Assembly: GCA_048941285.1 (NCBI GenBank)
Contig: JBHLNS010000002.1
Coordinates: forward strand, 32,001-96,000
Direction of reading: 5' to 3'
Length of the DNA: 64,000 nucleotides
Source of the DNA: Promethearchaeota archaeon
GTDB lineage: Archaea; Asgardarchaeota; Lokiarchaeia; Sigyniarchaeales; SOKP01
The translations under genes and the position numbers were made by a program. The notes beneath the pieces are model-generated. The model had not been told where the DNA came from, made no database searches, and saw only the letters and a program-made list of their open reading frames with translations. Positions within the stretch are counted from its first letter, which is position 1. Every line of letters begins with the position of its first letter. Below are positions 10,143 through 19,642 of the stretch, piece after piece.

Positions 10143-11378
10143 ATTAAATCAGATGTATTTTATTTTACTGCTCGAACACACTCTCATGAGCAGAGTATGA
10201 GCAAGTTTAAAGGTTTATTGGGATTGAAGAAACTCGGGTTTGAACAAAAAATTAATAATAGCAATCGAATAGTAATTAAAACTCACTTTGGAGCATTAGA
10301 AAATACCAGATATATCCGTCCGAGTTATATTCGTTTTTTGTGCGATTATGTTAAAGAAATTGGAGGAATTCCATCTGTAGCAGAGTCTTGTGGATGGGGT
10401 ATACCTGAGAATGTTTCAGGGATTCATACAGAATATTCTGGCAGAGCTACTGAAGAAGAATATTTATATGCTGCTTTAGTTCATGGTTTTACAGAAGAAA
10501 CTATGGGTGCTCCAATTCTTATGTTAGATGGAAAAGATGGAACAGACATAGAGGTACAAGAAATTAATGGGAACAAATTTAGTGAAGTATTAGTAGCTGG
10601 ACGTTTAAAAGAGTTTGATTACATGATATTGGCAACTCATTTTAAAGGACATGCAGGTGCGGGTTTTGGTGGTTCGATAAAAAATTTAGGAATTGGATGC
10701 GTATCAAAAGGTGGGAAAGTTGAAGCTCACACTGGCAAAACTTTTGAATTTAATTTTGAGAATTGCAATCCAGAATGTAAGAATTGTGTTAATATATGTC
10801 CTTCAAATGCTTTATCTAAAGATAAAAATAGTAAACTGATTTTTAATAAAGAAAAATGTAAATTATGTTATATGTGTGCTTCTGTATGTAAGGATAAAGT
10901 TATTAATTTAGGGACCGTTTCTCGTGAAGAATTTATCACTCAGATGGTAGACAACGCTAAAGGAGTTGTAGAATATTTTGGAAAAGATAAAATATTTTAT
11001 ATAAATTACGCGATAGATATCACCTATCAATGCGATTGTACAGGGGGTTCAGATGTCCCCTTTGTACCAGATATTGGAGTTTTAGCATCATTAGATCCCG
11101 TCGCATTGGATCAGGCAACTATAGATCTAATCCATAATTCTTCAATTAGTCCTCACTCGGTTCTTTCTGATGTGAATAATATTCCAACTCAAGGACCTTT
11201 TGAATGGCTTTCACATATTCCTCGCTTTAATCCAAAATCAGGTGAGATGGATTTTAATTTAGATGGAAATTCATCAAAACACTGGGAGTTACAATTAGAT
11301 TTAGCTGAAAAAATTGGTTTAGGTTCCAGAGAATATAATTTAATAGAGGTAAAGTCTGAAAAAAAAGATAAAAAGTAA
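10143..11378 (+). CDS. DUF362-family protein with 4Fe-4S ferredoxin insert; probable ATT start at 10143 (first ATG at 10197)
   Basis: IKTHFG, THFKGH..GFGGSIKNLGIGC, ferredoxin Cys motifs, PDIGVLASLDPVALDQA; in-frame upstream IKSDVFYFTART resembles the family N-terminus. Confidence 0.85.
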   Translation: MKSDVFYFTARTHSHEQSMSKFKGLLGLKKLGFEQKINNSNRIVIKTHFGALENTRYIRPSYIRFLCDYVKEIGGIPSVAESCGWGIPENVSGIHTEYSGRATEEEYLYAALVHGFTEETMGAPILMLDGKDGTDIEVQEINGNKFSEVLVAGRLKEFDYMILATHFKGHAGAGFGGSIKNLGIGCVSKGGKVEAHTGKTFEFNFENCNPECKNCVNICPSNALSKDKNSKLIFNKEKCKLCYMCASVCKDKVINLGTVSREEFITQMVDNAKGVVEYFGKDKIFYINYAIDITYQCDCTGGSDVPFVPDIGVLASLDPVALDQATIDLIHNSSISPHSVLSDVNNIPTQGPFEWLSHIPRFNPKSGEMDFNLDGNSSKHWELQLDLAEKIGLGSREYNLIEVKSEKKDKK

Positions 11379-11419
11379 AATTATTTTATTTAAATATCTC
11401 AAATTACAAAAATCTTTTT

Positions 11420-11896
11420 TTAAAGAAAAGAGTTCCATGCATTTAAAATATCTTCGCCCTTTACTTTAAATTTACTTGAGAGTTTTTTTAGGTTTAAATG
11501 ATTTACAATTCCATCTTCCCAGATATTATTAATACCTTGAACAATTGCCTTTACATAATCTTGGTTTTCAGTATATATATCAATTTTATTCACATGATTA
11601 TCTGTGCTGTATGCAACATATCCTGAAATCTTATCAAGAATTTCAATGTAAACATTTGCCTGTGGTGCTAAATAAAAAAATTTTGCACTTCTTCCACCAG
11701 TAGTAGATTCACTTATAATTGCTGAAGGATCAATGTTTTTAATCCAATCTTCTATGAGATATGCGACATCTGGTTTAATTTTCGAAAATTTGGCTTTAAT
11801 TTTCTTCGGTGAATAATAAAATGTATATTGTGATTTGTTCATCATTCCTATTTTTTTAGCTTGACTTTGAGCTTCTTTACCCATTAGCTTCACCAC
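11420..11896 (-). CDS. Hypothetical protein
   Basis: 158-aa ORF filling the gap between genes; no motif recognised. Confidence 0.6.
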   Translation of the reverse strand: MVKLMGKEAQSQAKKIGMMNKSQYTFYYSPKKIKAKFSKIKPDVAYLIEDWIKNIDPSAIISESTTGGRSAKFFYLAPQANVYIEILDKISGYVAYSTDNHVNKIDIYTENQDYVKAIVQGINNIWEDGIVNHLNLKKLSSKFKVKGEDILNAWNSFL

Positions 11897-11990
11897 TATA
11901 AATATTTAATATTTAAATGTTAGGTAAGAAATAAATGTAAACTTAATTATTTAAATCAATTTAACAATATAGTTAAGAGAGTTCAGTATT

Positions 11991-13334
11991 TCAAGAGGAT
12001 ACTGTTAAATTATTAAAGACCATATATGGAAATAGAGAATTTTCAAAAAACTCTCGTTCTTTCGAAATGTATTGACAATCTCCAAGCATTTTGATAACAT
12101 TACCACTAATATTGCCAAGTTTGATTGGATATTCGATCTTTCCATTCTTAATATAATAACCATTTCTAATTTCTGCTCCAAAAGCTCCTGACAATTTACT
12201 TGGATTTAACCAGGAAAATTGATCAATATAATAGCCTTCATTAATTTCAGAAATAATATCATCCAAATTCATAGTTCCAGGTAATATCTCAAGGTTACTT
12301 ATTCCATTATTTATAATTTCTGTTCTTATATCTCTTATTGCATTTCCGGTTGAACTTTGATTGGAAAATATTGCATATCTCTGATCGTAAATATATTTCT
12401 GGAAAATGCCATTCTTGACAATTTCGGTTCTTTGACGCGGGGAGCCTTCAATATCCCATCCATTGGTTCGTAATCCTCCTTTTAATAACCCATCATCTAT
12501 AATAGAGATTTCTTCAGAAGCTACTTCTTGATCAATTTTAAATCGAGATATTTTTTGAAAAAAAGCTCTTCCTGAAGAATGATTTTCTATTACAGGGTTG
12601 AGTGCTTTATTTAATACTTGCGGAGAAAAAATAACTGTTGCTTTTTCCTTCGGTTTAGGTACTTTCGCGATTAATGAATCTTGAGCTAGTTTTACCCAAT
12701 GTTCTACTCTTTCTGGAAAATTTAATTGATCTTTATCTTTAATAAATAAATAAGGCCAGTATTCTGATAATTTTCCCTCTTTTTGAGATTTCAAAGAGAA
12801 TTCTACAAAAAAATACGTTTTTATATTGCTCAAATTGAGATCATTACTATTTCTTAAAGAGATCTTATCGATATGAACACGAATACGACCGAAAGTAGGC
12901 TGAATTTCTTTATATTGTTGTATCTCTGAAATTAATTCTTCAGCTAGAATATTTTTAGTATTCAAGGGGTCTTGAATTACTTTTTTATCAGCAATAATTG
13001 TATCATGAAAAGAAGCTTGACCAGGAAAATAAAATTTTGAGCCTAAATTACTTTTTGCTATTGAAATGCATATATCTATATTTCTCTCAATTTCTTTTCG
13101 ATCTAAAGAATTCCCTTTTACCAATCCAACACCGGTTTTATCCTCCTTATGAGTCAGTATTCGCAAAAAGTATTTAAAATCATTAATATCTCTTTCAGTA
13201 TCAACCTTATCTTTTAGAAATATTGATTCATATGATTTTCCATCTGTAAGAAAAATCTCATAATCAGTGATATGCTTGTCTTTTATTTCCTTTTCTATAA
13301 TATCTATTTTCTCATTAGACAATTTTTCACTCAC
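11991..13334 (-). CDS. pmbA: PmbA/TldE-family protein (non-catalytic partner)
   Basis: WDIEGSP, STGNA, SNLEILPG, GYYIKNGKI; no HExxxH; start overlaps the tldD stop. Confidence 0.85.
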   Translation of the reverse strand: MSEKLSNEKIDIIEKEIKDKHITDYEIFLTDGKSYESIFLKDKVDTERDINDFKYFLRILTHKEDKTGVGLVKGNSLDRKEIERNIDICISIAKSNLGSKFYFPGQASFHDTIIADKKVIQDPLNTKNILAEELISEIQQYKEIQPTFGRIRVHIDKISLRNSNDLNLSNIKTYFFVEFSLKSQKEGKLSEYWPYLFIKDKDQLNFPERVEHWVKLAQDSLIAKVPKPKEKATVIFSPQVLNKALNPVIENHSSGRAFFQKISRFKIDQEVASEEISIIDDGLLKGGLRTNGWDIEGSPRQRTEIVKNGIFQKYIYDQRYAIFSNQSSTGNAIRDIRTEIINNGISNLEILPGTMNLDDIISEINEGYYIDQFSWLNPSKLSGAFGAEIRNGYYIKNGKIEYPIKLGNISGNVIKMLGDCQYISKEREFFENSLFPYMVFNNLTVSS

Positions 13335-14713
13335 CCTGGACTAATTAAAACTTCATTGATCCTAAGATAACTACCTCCATCACTAACAGGTACCTTATCA
13401 TAATGACCCTTTCCACACACACCACCATGGAATTTTGTAGAGTCTTTACTTATTGCATCGATGTTATTTAGAACATTTAAGACATGTCCACTTAATGCGA
13501 TTGATTTTAAAATTTGTGTTCTTTCACCATTTTTTATTAAATATCCTTTCTTGGATGTAGCTTGTAGCCCACCCCCTAAAGGATCCTCCATTCCGAAAAA
13601 TGAATGATTACACATTACACCTTCTTTAATTTCAGATATAATTTCTTCTAGATCATAATCCCCTGGTTCGAAGTAGGTATTAGACATTCTTGGATGAACT
13701 ACATGAGCGTAACTTTGCCTTCTTCCGTTTCCTTGAGGATCTTTACCAATTACTGAGGCACTTCTTCTGTCATAGATGAAATTTGTTAAAATTCCATTTT
13801 CTACTAAAATATTTTTTCCTGCTTTAATTCCCTCATCATCAAAGAAATAAGATCCTATCTGACCTTCCATATTAGGCGCATCACATATTACACATATGTC
13901 TGAAGCAACTTGTTTATTCAATTTATTCTCAAGATAACTTCTTCCTCTTAAGATTTGATCCGCTTCTAAACCATGACCAAAACTTTCATGTGCAATAATT
14001 CCTGCCATTGATGGATCCACAATTATAGGAAATTTCCCAGATGGAGGATTTTTAGCCTTTAACATATCTAGAGAGTTATTTACAATTTTTTCCAATTTAG
14101 AGTTATTTAAATCATCAAAAATTTCAAAACCTGCTTGGCCTTCAATTACTGAATGATCATAATCAACTGTATTACCTTCTTTAACAATAGGAAAAATAAA
14201 AAATCTCAACCGTGGAATGACTTGTCTTAATTGACTTCCTTCATTATTCACAAAAATACGAGTTATTTCAGATTCTTGATATTTTAATTGACACATTAAA
14301 ATCCGTTCATCATAATTTTGAATAAAGTTGTAAATATCTCTAATTTTCTTTAATTTTTCTTCAATGGGTATATCTCTTGAGTCAATTTTCGGCTTAACTT
14401 CTTTATTCAGAATCCAACCTGCTAATTCCGCAAGTTGTTCACCTTTATTAATTACTTTGGGTATTTTTTCGAGAGCTTTATTAATATTAGAAATATCATC
14501 AAAAGCTACTTCTTTCCAATTTCCATCAAACGTTCTGGCTACAATTCCAGAAGTTTTTACGTTTATTGAAACTATTTCTGTAGAAGGATTTTTTTCAATG
14601 TATGTAACCGATTGTGAATCATATAAAATGTCAAAATATTGGTTTTTTCGGTTAAAAGAATTTGCACTCTCTTCAAAAGCAGAAATAATCTGATCATAAG
14701 AATGATCAATCAT
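13331..14713 (-). CDS. tldD: TldD-family metalloprotease
   Basis: HESFGHGLEAD, FDDEG, GNGRR, PRMSNT, CGKG. Confidence 0.9.
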   Translation of the reverse strand: MIDHSYDQIISAFEESANSFNRKNQYFDILYDSQSVTYIEKNPSTEIVSINVKTSGIVARTFDGNWKEVAFDDISNINKALEKIPKVINKGEQLAELAGWILNKEVKPKIDSRDIPIEEKLKKIRDIYNFIQNYDERILMCQLKYQESEITRIFVNNEGSQLRQVIPRLRFFIFPIVKEGNTVDYDHSVIEGQAGFEIFDDLNNSKLEKIVNNSLDMLKAKNPPSGKFPIIVDPSMAGIIAHESFGHGLEADQILRGRSYLENKLNKQVASDICVICDAPNMEGQIGSYFFDDEGIKAGKNILVENGILTNFIYDRRSASVIGKDPQGNGRRQSYAHVVHPRMSNTYFEPGDYDLEEIISEIKEGVMCNHSFFGMEDPLGGGLQATSKKGYLIKNGERTQILKSIALSGHVLNVLNNIDAISKDSTKFHGGVCGKGHYDKVPVSDGGSYLRINEVLISPG

Positions 14714-14799
14714 GTGAAGATAAATTTGAGATTAAATAAGATATTTATTTTTTTAGTGGATAATTAACAAATAAGTTTGCAGAAATTTATTTTGAATAT

Positions 14800-15711
14800 T
14801 TAAATTTCTAAATCTAAGGATTGGTGATTTGGATTTGAATTTTTTTCAAGATAACTTATCCTTTTTTCTAAGATAGTCATTGTTTCGATTATGTTATTGA
14901 GAACTTTGTTTGTTTCTCTAATCTCATATTGGAGGTCACCAAGCTGATTAAGAAGGAATGACAATACCTTTGATTCTCTTACAGGTTCTATTAACCAATT
15001 AATAATGTTTTGTAAAAATTTCCGATTATCGAATGTATTTATACCTATTCTTGAATTTGAAGTAAATATATCAATATCTCCGATTGCTACAACTTTCCCT
15101 TGTCCAAATTCTGTATATGAAGCAATAATTTGCTGTTTCTCTTGATCTTTACTCCATTCTTCAGAAGTATTATTATAAATTTCAGACCAAACAGATCTTT
15201 CATTTGATTGCAATAATATTTTTGCTTCTTTATTTAAAAATAAGGAACAAGATCCTCCGATAATAATTTCTCTTAGATTTTTTGTAATTTGATGTTTTAT
15301 AAAATCTTGGATATGTAAAATACTAGTACAATTTTGATTATTACTATTTATCTCTTTAATTATGTTTTTCTCAAAGAAGATACCGAATTTTCCTGAAATG
15401 TCATTTAGATTAGTTTTTTGAAGGTAATCCGCCCCGTATTCACTTAATAACAATAATCCCCCTCCATTTCTTACATAATCAATAATATGTTTAATTTCTA
15501 AACTTGAAAAGAAGTCGTCAATTGGGTTGCCAAGAATTAAGAGGTCAATATTTTCTAAAATTTCTCTTGTGATATGACTGTTTTCATTTTTGATAATTTT
15601 AAGATCTTGTTTTCTAAGGAGATCTAAAAATTCACTAAATTCGTCCTCATCAGTATTCAACATTTCATTATGAGCGAGATCAATTAGGACAGTTTTCTTA
15701 AAAGTAGGCAA
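14800..15711 (-). CDS. GldG/IFT52(GIFT)/DUF4350-like domain protein with C-terminal coiled coil
   Basis: LIDLAHNE, DLLILGNP, YVRNGGGLLLL, GQGKVVAIGDIDIF, DNRKFLQNIINWL; heptad-rich tail. Confidence 0.65.
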   Translation of the reverse strand: MPTFKKTVLIDLAHNEMLNTDEDEFSEFLDLLRKQDLKIIKNENSHITREILENIDLLILGNPIDDFFSSLEIKHIIDYVRNGGGLLLLSEYGADYLQKTNLNDISGKFGIFFEKNIIKEINSNNQNCTSILHIQDFIKHQITKNLREIIIGGSCSLFLNKEAKILLQSNERSVWSEIYNNTSEEWSKDQEKQQIIASYTEFGQGKVVAIGDIDIFTSNSRIGINTFDNRKFLQNIINWLIEPVRESKVLSFLLNQLGDLQYEIRETNKVLNNIIETMTILEKRISYLEKNSNPNHQSLDLEI

Positions 15712-15916
15712 GATTCTTTAGAAGGGAGTGTTTTTGTTTATTTTAGATTTATAAAATAAGTTTATGACTTACAAGAAAATTCGAATATAAAAATCATTAC
15801 CTAACTAATGGATTTCTGTTCTTATCAACCAAAAATTTTTTAAAGTTAATATAATAACTTATTTTGGACTCAAAAAAGATTATAATTATACAAAATTATC
15901 AAAAGGAAAATGACAT

Positions 15917-17249
15917 ATGAGTAAAACTATTGCCGTTATAGGCCTTTCGTGGGGAGTTTAGTTTTGCATGCCGCATACTAACCCTATACGAAGGCAAAGG
16001 CAAATTTGTTGACTTTTTAGCACAAAAGGCAGACATTGTTGTTCGATACAATGGAGGGAATAACGCGGGCCATACCATAAATGCTAATGGTGTCAAATAC
16101 AAGTTTAAGTTAATGCCATCTGGAGCTCCTTTAGAAAAAGAGGGTGTAATAGCCAATGGTTGTGTGGTAGATCCAAAAATCTTGCTAGAAGAAATTGAAA
16201 ACCTAAGGAAATTGAATAAAAAAGTCAATTTGAAACTGAGTTCTACAGCTCATGTAATTTTTCCCTTTCATCGTATCTTAGATGGATTAGAAGAAAAAAC
16301 AAAAGGAAATTATGCTGCTGGGACCACAAAAAGAGGAATTGGCCCTGCTTATTCGGATAAAGCAGCTCGGTGGGGTTTAAGAATCTTTGATTTAATAAAT
16401 CCTGAACTCTTGCAATCAAAATTAGAAAAACTGTTTAAAATTAAGAAAGACCTCATATCGTTATATGATCCCAATGTAGATATTAATTTAGAAGCTATCT
16501 ATGAAGAATACAAAACCTATGGGGAACAATTAAAACCTTTTGTAATTGATACAACATATTATTTGAATAAAGCTGTTGATTCTGGAAAAAAAGTTCTTTT
16601 TGAAGCAGCTCAAGGTAGTCTTTTAAGCATTGATTTTGGAATGTACCCTTACGGGACTTCTTCTAATGCAAACGCTTTAGGTATTTCGTCAGGTACTGGA
16701 ATTCCCCCTAAAAAAATTATGAAGGTAATTGGAATTGTAAAAGCATATACTTCTCGTGTTGGTGAGGGTAAATTCCCCACAGAGTTATTTAACGAAACAG
16801 CGGATAAAATCAGAGAACAAGGACATGAATATGGAACTGTAACAGGAAGACCAAGAAGGGTTGGATGGCTAGATCTTTTTAATATTCAATATGGAATTAT
16901 GATTAATGGTGTTGATAAAGTCATTATAACTCTTTTGGATGCGTTACAAGGGATTAACCCAATCAAAATTTGTATTGGCTATGATTTAAAAGGCATACAA
17001 CTTGAAAGTTGGCCAATACAATCAGAACTAATTGAAAATTGTGAACCGATTTATAAAACTTTTGAAGGTTGGGAGGAAAAGACTAGAGAAGAATGGTTGG
17101 ATATAGCGAAAAAAGGATATGATGCCCTCCCAGAAACTATGAAAACGTATATTCAAGCAATTAAAAATATCCTTAAAACTGATGTTGCAATGGTTTCGAT
17201 TGGACCAGATAGAAAGGAAACAATAGTGTTAGAAGATGTGAATTTTTAA
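15917..17249 (+). CDS. purA: Adenylosuccinate synthetase, interrupted by a 31-nt intron-like insert (join 15917-15956, 15988-17249; 433 aa)
   Basis: The joined sequence reads MSKTIAVIGLSWGDEGKGKFVDFL...RYNGGNNAGHT...GTTKRGIGPAY...EYGTVTGRPRRVGWLD. The ORF track only shows the part from 16113. Confidence 0.95.
15957..15987 (+). other. Putative bulge-helix-bulge (BHB/BHL-type) intron in purA mRNA
   Basis: Insert TTTAGTTTTGCATGCCGCATACTAACCCTAT splits the G|AC (Asp) codon. Central helix GGGG(15951-54)/CCCT(15982-85); bulges AG^T and AT^A; intron stem TTAGT/ACTAA; exon stem CTTTCG/CGAAGG. Confidence 0.8.
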
Positions 17250-17269
17250 TGTTTTTCTTTTCTTCTTTT

Positions 17270-17830
17270 TTATTTAAAACATACTAAACCAAACCGATAA
17301 ACAAATTCATTAGGAGGCCATTCTATTTTGAAATTTAGGTTTTTTACAGTCTGAGTTACATCAATTCCGACTGCTTCCATCGAATATCTCTTTTTACCTG
17401 GATATCGACAAGGATTACCTGCATCATATGTACAACCTTTATCTTTTTCATTAAAACATACTCTACAAAATCCATCCCATAAAATAAGTATATCATCATA
17501 AAGGTCTTGATACTGATGTATAAATAAACTAATTTGTTGTTCTAACTTATCTCGTAGAAGATTTTTCATAAAAAAAGCACTTTTTATATTATTTTCATTT
17601 CTGTTAGGATGTTTTCGTTTTTCTTTATAAACATGCTTCTGTAAATTGTAAGAAACGTATATAAGAAAATGCTTTTTATATTTTGAAACTTTTTGTTCTA
17701 AATATGGTGCTTCCGGTGGGCAAGCCCAAGAATGACCATAACTAGGGCATTTAAAACCAGAATTAATACAATAATTTTGTATTTTTCGATCAAATATAAT
17801 ATCCTTAAACTGTATTTCAAGAAAAGGCAA
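17270..17830 (-). CDS. DUF2284-family predicted metal-binding protein
   Basis: CPSYGHSWACPP, FCRVC, CRYP..RYSMEAVGIDV. Confidence 0.85.
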   Translation of the reverse strand: MPFLEIQFKDIIFDRKIQNYCINSGFKCPSYGHSWACPPEAPYLEQKVSKYKKHFLIYVSYNLQKHVYKEKRKHPNRNENNIKSAFFMKNLLRDKLEQQISLFIHQYQDLYDDILILWDGFCRVCFNEKDKGCTYDAGNPCRYPGKKRYSMEAVGIDVTQTVKNLNFKIEWPPNEFVYRFGLVCFK

Positions 17831-17990
17831 GAGAGCTTATTATATTTAAATTAAGTTGATTTCAATTAATATTGATTTTTTTTTAAATTATAATCCCTTT
17901 AAAACTAATCTAAAAATAGAAATTTTTTTTAATAAATAAATGATATCTATGACTATTACATCCTATTAGGTAAATTAATAAACTTTTGAT

Positions 17991-18653
17991 GTGAGACGAA
18001 TGAAATTAAAATTAAAAAGCGAGAAAAGAAATCAGCTACTGAATGCAGCAAGTGAATTTAATAATGAAGTTTTAAATGGTTCCCTATTACTACATGATTG
18101 TATAACCGATTTAGTAAATGAAAAGTTAGATAAGAAAAGATTAGACAAAGTTATTGAATGTGAACATAATGCAGACCGAGCTAAAGAAAAATACATTGAT
18201 TTACTTTATAAAGATCAGCGAGCGCTTCCTTTTCTAGTTGAAGATCGTTATAGATTAATCAAATATTTGGATTTTGTCTCTGATGGCTCAGAAGAGCTGG
18301 CAATGGGGCTAAAAGTATATCCTTTTGATCTCTTTGATGATATTAGAGATAAAGTAAAAATACTTAACGATTTGTATCAAGAAACAATTGATACTTTAAT
18401 TGATATGGTAAATCTTATGGAAACAGATTTTAAAACTGCCTACCAAAAAAGTTTTCACATAGAAACTCTAAAACGAAGCGCTCGTGAAGCAAAATATAAC
18501 ATCCTAGAAAAAATTTATCAAAAACCTAAAGAAAAATCTCTTCGTGTATATTTAACATCAAAAATTTGTATAAAAATGTTTGATATGATAATTAGGGCTG
18601 AAGAGATAAGCGATTTTCTTAGAAGTTTAATAGTTAAATACCCAAGCAAATAA
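17991..18653 (+). CDS. DUF47/PhoU-like phosphate transport regulator
   Basis: EHNADRAK, LPFLVEDR, AEEISD helical pattern; directly upstream of a PiT transporter. Confidence 0.8.
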   Translation: MRRMKLKLKSEKRNQLLNAASEFNNEVLNGSLLLHDCITDLVNEKLDKKRLDKVIECEHNADRAKEKYIDLLYKDQRALPFLVEDRYRLIKYLDFVSDGSEELAMGLKVYPFDLFDDIRDKVKILNDLYQETIDTLIDMVNLMETDFKTAYQKSFHIETLKRSAREAKYNILEKIYQKPKEKSLRVYLTSKICIKMFDMIIRAEEISDFLRSLIVKYPSK

Positions 18654-18668
18654 AAAAAGGCGATTTAA

Positions 18669-19625
18669 ATGGCTTTTTCAATAATTTTAACAATATTTTT
18701 AGTTATAGCTATTGTTATCTCTTTTGGGATAGGTGCGAATGATGAAACTTTCGCCGGAATCTATGGTTCGAGAATTTTAAAGATGAAGCAAATTCTTATC
18801 TTAGCAACTATTTTTGCAATTGTAGGAGCATTTATTCTAGGTGGAGCAGTGAGTAAAACTGTTGGTGATGATTTACTATTAAGTATTGATAATGCTATAG
18901 TTATAACGATTTTAATTTCTACTGCTATTTGGTTGATTTTATCCTCCGCATTAGGATTGCCAATATCTACTACACATGCAACAATTGGAGCAATAATAGG
19001 CCTTGGAATAACCCCAGTTGTGAGTATACAGTGGCTAAAAATTGTTGAGTTAAGTCTCTGGTGGATATTGTCTCCAATTATTGGTTTTGCTGCTTCATTT
19101 TTAGTTTATAAGCTTATGCATCATTATAAACTAAAGCATCTAAATAGCTTTCAGAGTTTTGAAAGGACAGAAAAATTCTTTTCATACATTGTATTGATAG
19201 TTATCTGTATAACAGCTTTTTCAAGAGCTGGAAATGATTGCTCAAATGCAGTAGGTATAGTTGTAGGGATAGGAGAAATACAAATAGATCTACTTCTTTT
19301 ATTAACTGGCTTAAGTCTAGCTGGAGGTTTAATAGTATTAGGAAGAGGTGTTATTAAAAATGTTGGAAGAATTACAGAATTATATCCTAGTACTGCTTTT
19401 GCTACACAAATCCCTACAGCAGCGATTTTATTTCTTGGAACAGCACTAGGAATTCCTTTATCTGGATCTCATATGCTAGTTGCTTCAATGATCGGATTAT
19501 CAAAAGCAAGCCATACTCCTGTTAGAAGAGGGATGTGGAAAATTGTACTAATCTGGTTTTTAACCTTTCCTATGGCAGGAATTCTCTCAATTATTTTATA
19601 TATTCCTATAAGTAGCTTTTTATAA
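18669..19625 (+). CDS. pit: PiT-family inorganic phosphate transporter
   Basis: GIGAND, GLPISTTHATIGAIIG, GNDCSNAVG, GIPLSGSH. Confidence 0.9.
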   Translation: MAFSIILTIFLVIAIVISFGIGANDETFAGIYGSRILKMKQILILATIFAIVGAFILGGAVSKTVGDDLLLSIDNAIVITILISTAIWLILSSALGLPISTTHATIGAIIGLGITPVVSIQWLKIVELSLWWILSPIIGFAASFLVYKLMHHYKLKHLNSFQSFERTEKFFSYIVLIVICITAFSRAGNDCSNAVGIVVGIGEIQIDLLLLLTGLSLAGGLIVLGRGVIKNVGRITELYPSTAFATQIPTAAILFLGTALGIPLSGSHMLVASMIGLSKASHTPVRRGMWKIVLIWFLTFPMAGILSIILYIPISSFL

Positions 19626-19642
19626 GTTAAATAATAATTTTT

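Noticed and set aside
15956-15989. Spliceosomal-looking signals in the purA insert (GTTTAGT at the 5' side and a yeast-type TACTAAC branch-point heptamer at 15976-15982)
   Set aside because: There is no 3' AG. A 31-nt excision starting at the GT would give WGYEGKG and lose the catalytic Asp. ACTAA is already explained as the pairing partner of TTAGT in the BHB intron stem. It is a curious coincidence but not supportable as a spliceosomal intron.
15899-16228. 109-aa minus-strand ORF over the purA 5' end
   Set aside because: It is an antisense shadow of purA with no recognisable motifs.
15917-17249. purA as a simple pseudogene, programmed frameshift or stop read-through
   Set aside because: A frameshift or read-through would leave about 10 extra residues inside the P-loop. 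The rest of the gene is intact, the insert is not a duplication of flanking sequence, and its ends match BHB cut geometry. An assembly artefact cannot be fully excluded without reads.
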